Source: a virus
Taxonomy: Duplodnaviria > Caudoviricetes
Reading direction: 5' to 3' (one strand)
DNA length: 36,727 bases
Virus record (IMG/VR): IMGVR_UViG_3300020043_003766
Location: 1-36,727 of that record
Shown one piece after another: positions 35,447 through 36,727 of this stretch (position 1 is its first letter; the number at the start of each line of letters is the position of its first letter). The notes below the pieces were generated by a model, which was given only the letters and a program-made list of their open reading frames with translations, was not told the DNA's origin and did no database searches. Position numbers and translations under genes: made by a program.

Positions 35447-35777
35447 TCAAATGGCGATCCATCCACGGTTATGAACTGGCTGTGCCTTGCCATATAAACC
35501 ACTGCAAAACGGGTTGCAAATTTTATGCGTCCTTACCTTTCCGCTTCGCGTCTTTGTGTCTTCGAAGACACTTTCCACCATATGCGGACGCAATGCGAAG
35601 CGATGCAATGCGAAGCGAAGCGGACGCGTCGTATACTTTCCACCATCAAAATGATGGGCTATTTTAAGCCCATTTTAGGCGATGAAATACGGCGTTAATA
35701 GGTAGGTATACCAAAGGGAAAGATAGTTGTTTATAGGGCTTAAAATGGGGGACAAATTGAAGCCAATATAAAACAAT

Positions 35778-35857
35778 AAAGCCCCAATAAAGGGGCTATT
35801 GATTGGGGGGTAAATTGATAGGGCTATAAACAAAAATAGCCCCAATTACGGGGCTAT
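35778..35857 (-). terminator. Two tandem hairpin terminators
   Basis: AGCCCC-N6-GGGGCT at 35780-35797 and ATAGCCCC-N6-GGGGCTAT at 35836-35857. Each is followed by a T-rich tract on the minus strand, downstream of gene 35879..36541. Confidence 0.7.
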
Positions 35858-35878
35858 CTTTGTGGGTTGGTTGGTCGG

Positions 35879-36545
35879 TTACGCCGTCGCCGTTTCGGTT
35901 GCGGTCGGTTTCTTTTTTACCTCCTTTTTGGTTGCGGTCGGCTTTGCGGTCGTCGCCTTTTTGATGGCAAAGGTTGACAAAATCGAGGGTTTCAATACCT
36001 CATTGAAAAAGGCGTTTATCTCAATTAAGGTAAAATTGGTTTTGTGGGTGTGGTCGCTGTACATGGTGAGCGATTTGTTGCCCTCCTTGATTTGCCACAA
36101 AATCACTTTCCTATCTTCGCCATTGCTACGCAAATCGGCGATACTTTCCGTGTCCGCGTCCGCTTCGCCTTTGTGGTCGTCGAAGTTCTTCGCCCATGTG
36201 TTGAGGGCTTCAATAGAACGGGCAAAATCTTTGCCGTCTTTTTCCGCTTCATCGCATTTGTCTATAAACTTGTTTATCACGGGTTTGGGCAGTTCACCCA
36301 CCTTGATAAGTTTATAGTAATACGATTTTTGAAACCCGTAAACCATTTTAATAAGGTCGTCTTTTTTCGGCAATTCTTTAGAGGTCGCCCCGCCGTCCTT
36401 TAGTTTGTCCGTCGCAGTGGTACAAAAGTTGTTAAATTGCTCCTTTGTTTGTGCCAAAAGTTGGGCAAGTTCCAAAGACGTCATAAACCTTTGTTTTTCC
36501 GCATCATTCACCTTTGAGGTCAAAGATTTTACGGCTACCAAAGAA
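35879..36545 (-). CDS. Putative DNA-binding protein (HTH-like segment, Lys/Thr/Ala-rich tail), probably 5'-truncated
   Basis: DLIKMVYGFQKSYYYKLIKVGELPKPV and C-terminal KKATTAKPTATKKEVKKKP. The frame stops a few codons after crossing into the inverted duplication at 36546. Confidence 0.6.
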
Positions 36546-36727
36546 AGGGCTTATTGTAATGATAAAAGTATACATAGAAACGAGCGTCCATGCGGAATGC
36601 GTGGCTACGATCCAAGATGAGTGGGTGTACATGGCATTGCTTCCATCCTTGGAGAAGTTGGCACTTGAGTGGGGTGGAATACTAACAGAAAGTGTCATCG
36701 AAGACACAAAGACGCCAAAGGCGGATT
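36546..36727 (+). repeat. Inverted near-identical copy of 34101..34282 (contains a partial copy of gene 33940..34269 from ATG 36559)
   Basis: 182-bp reverse-complement match with about 3 substitutions seen by eye; runs to the window end. Confidence 0.92.

Larger units (their letters stand above)
27196..35571. repeat. Dispersed 16-bp palindrome GTGTCTTCGAAGACAC (12 copies, plus one in the terminal duplication)
   Basis: Perfect copies start at 30122, 32225, 32647, 33663, 34784, 35053, 35185, 35351 and 35556. One-mismatch copies start at 27196, 33517, 34121 and 36692. None seen left of 27 kb. Confidence 0.97.

Noticed and set aside
30122-35571. Palindrome copies read as a CRISPR array or integron attC sites
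   Set aside because: The repeat is only 16 bp, spacing is irregular (130 bp to more than 2 kb), and many copies lie inside ORFs. No cas or integrase gene is in the window.
1-36727. Alternative genetic code, tRNA/rRNA genes, integrase, capsid or terminase genes
   Set aside because: Genes are intact and tightly packed under the standard code. No cloverleaf or rRNA-like stretch and no such proteins were recognised in the window.

Overview
Tailed dsDNA phage DNA with a siphovirus-type tail. The host is very probably a Bacteroidota species, because several TTTG-N19/20-TAnnTTTG promoters are present. Layout: (i) 1-10944 is a tail and lysis operon, including a lambda-type GGGAAAG -1 frameshift in the tail chaperone gene. 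(ii) 10916-18814 holds RecT/RecE-like recombination genes, a small Cro-like HTH gene and a replication module (DnaA-C-like HTH, SF2 helicase, HNH nuclease, VirE/VapE primase-helicase), followed by an iteron-like ori. (iii) 19028-24271 is an inverted, diverged and 3'-truncated second copy of that replication module, probably a chimeric join of two related genomes. (iv) 24263-26370 is an AT-rich array of tiny ORFs built from shared N- and C-terminal DNA blocks. (v) 26.4-35.2 kb is a long minus-strand run of small early/accessory genes (RadC-like JAB, YubB/DUF1281-like, DUF3846-like). The most striking signal is a 16-bp palindrome, GTGTCTTCGAAGACAC, found 12 times between 27196 and 35571, often in-frame inside genes and increasingly dense toward tandem promoters. 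An adjacent gene (35879-36541) has a ParB-like HTH segment and a basic tail and is a candidate binder. A second short inverted duplication ends the window. All family assignments come from motif recognition by eye; no searches were run.
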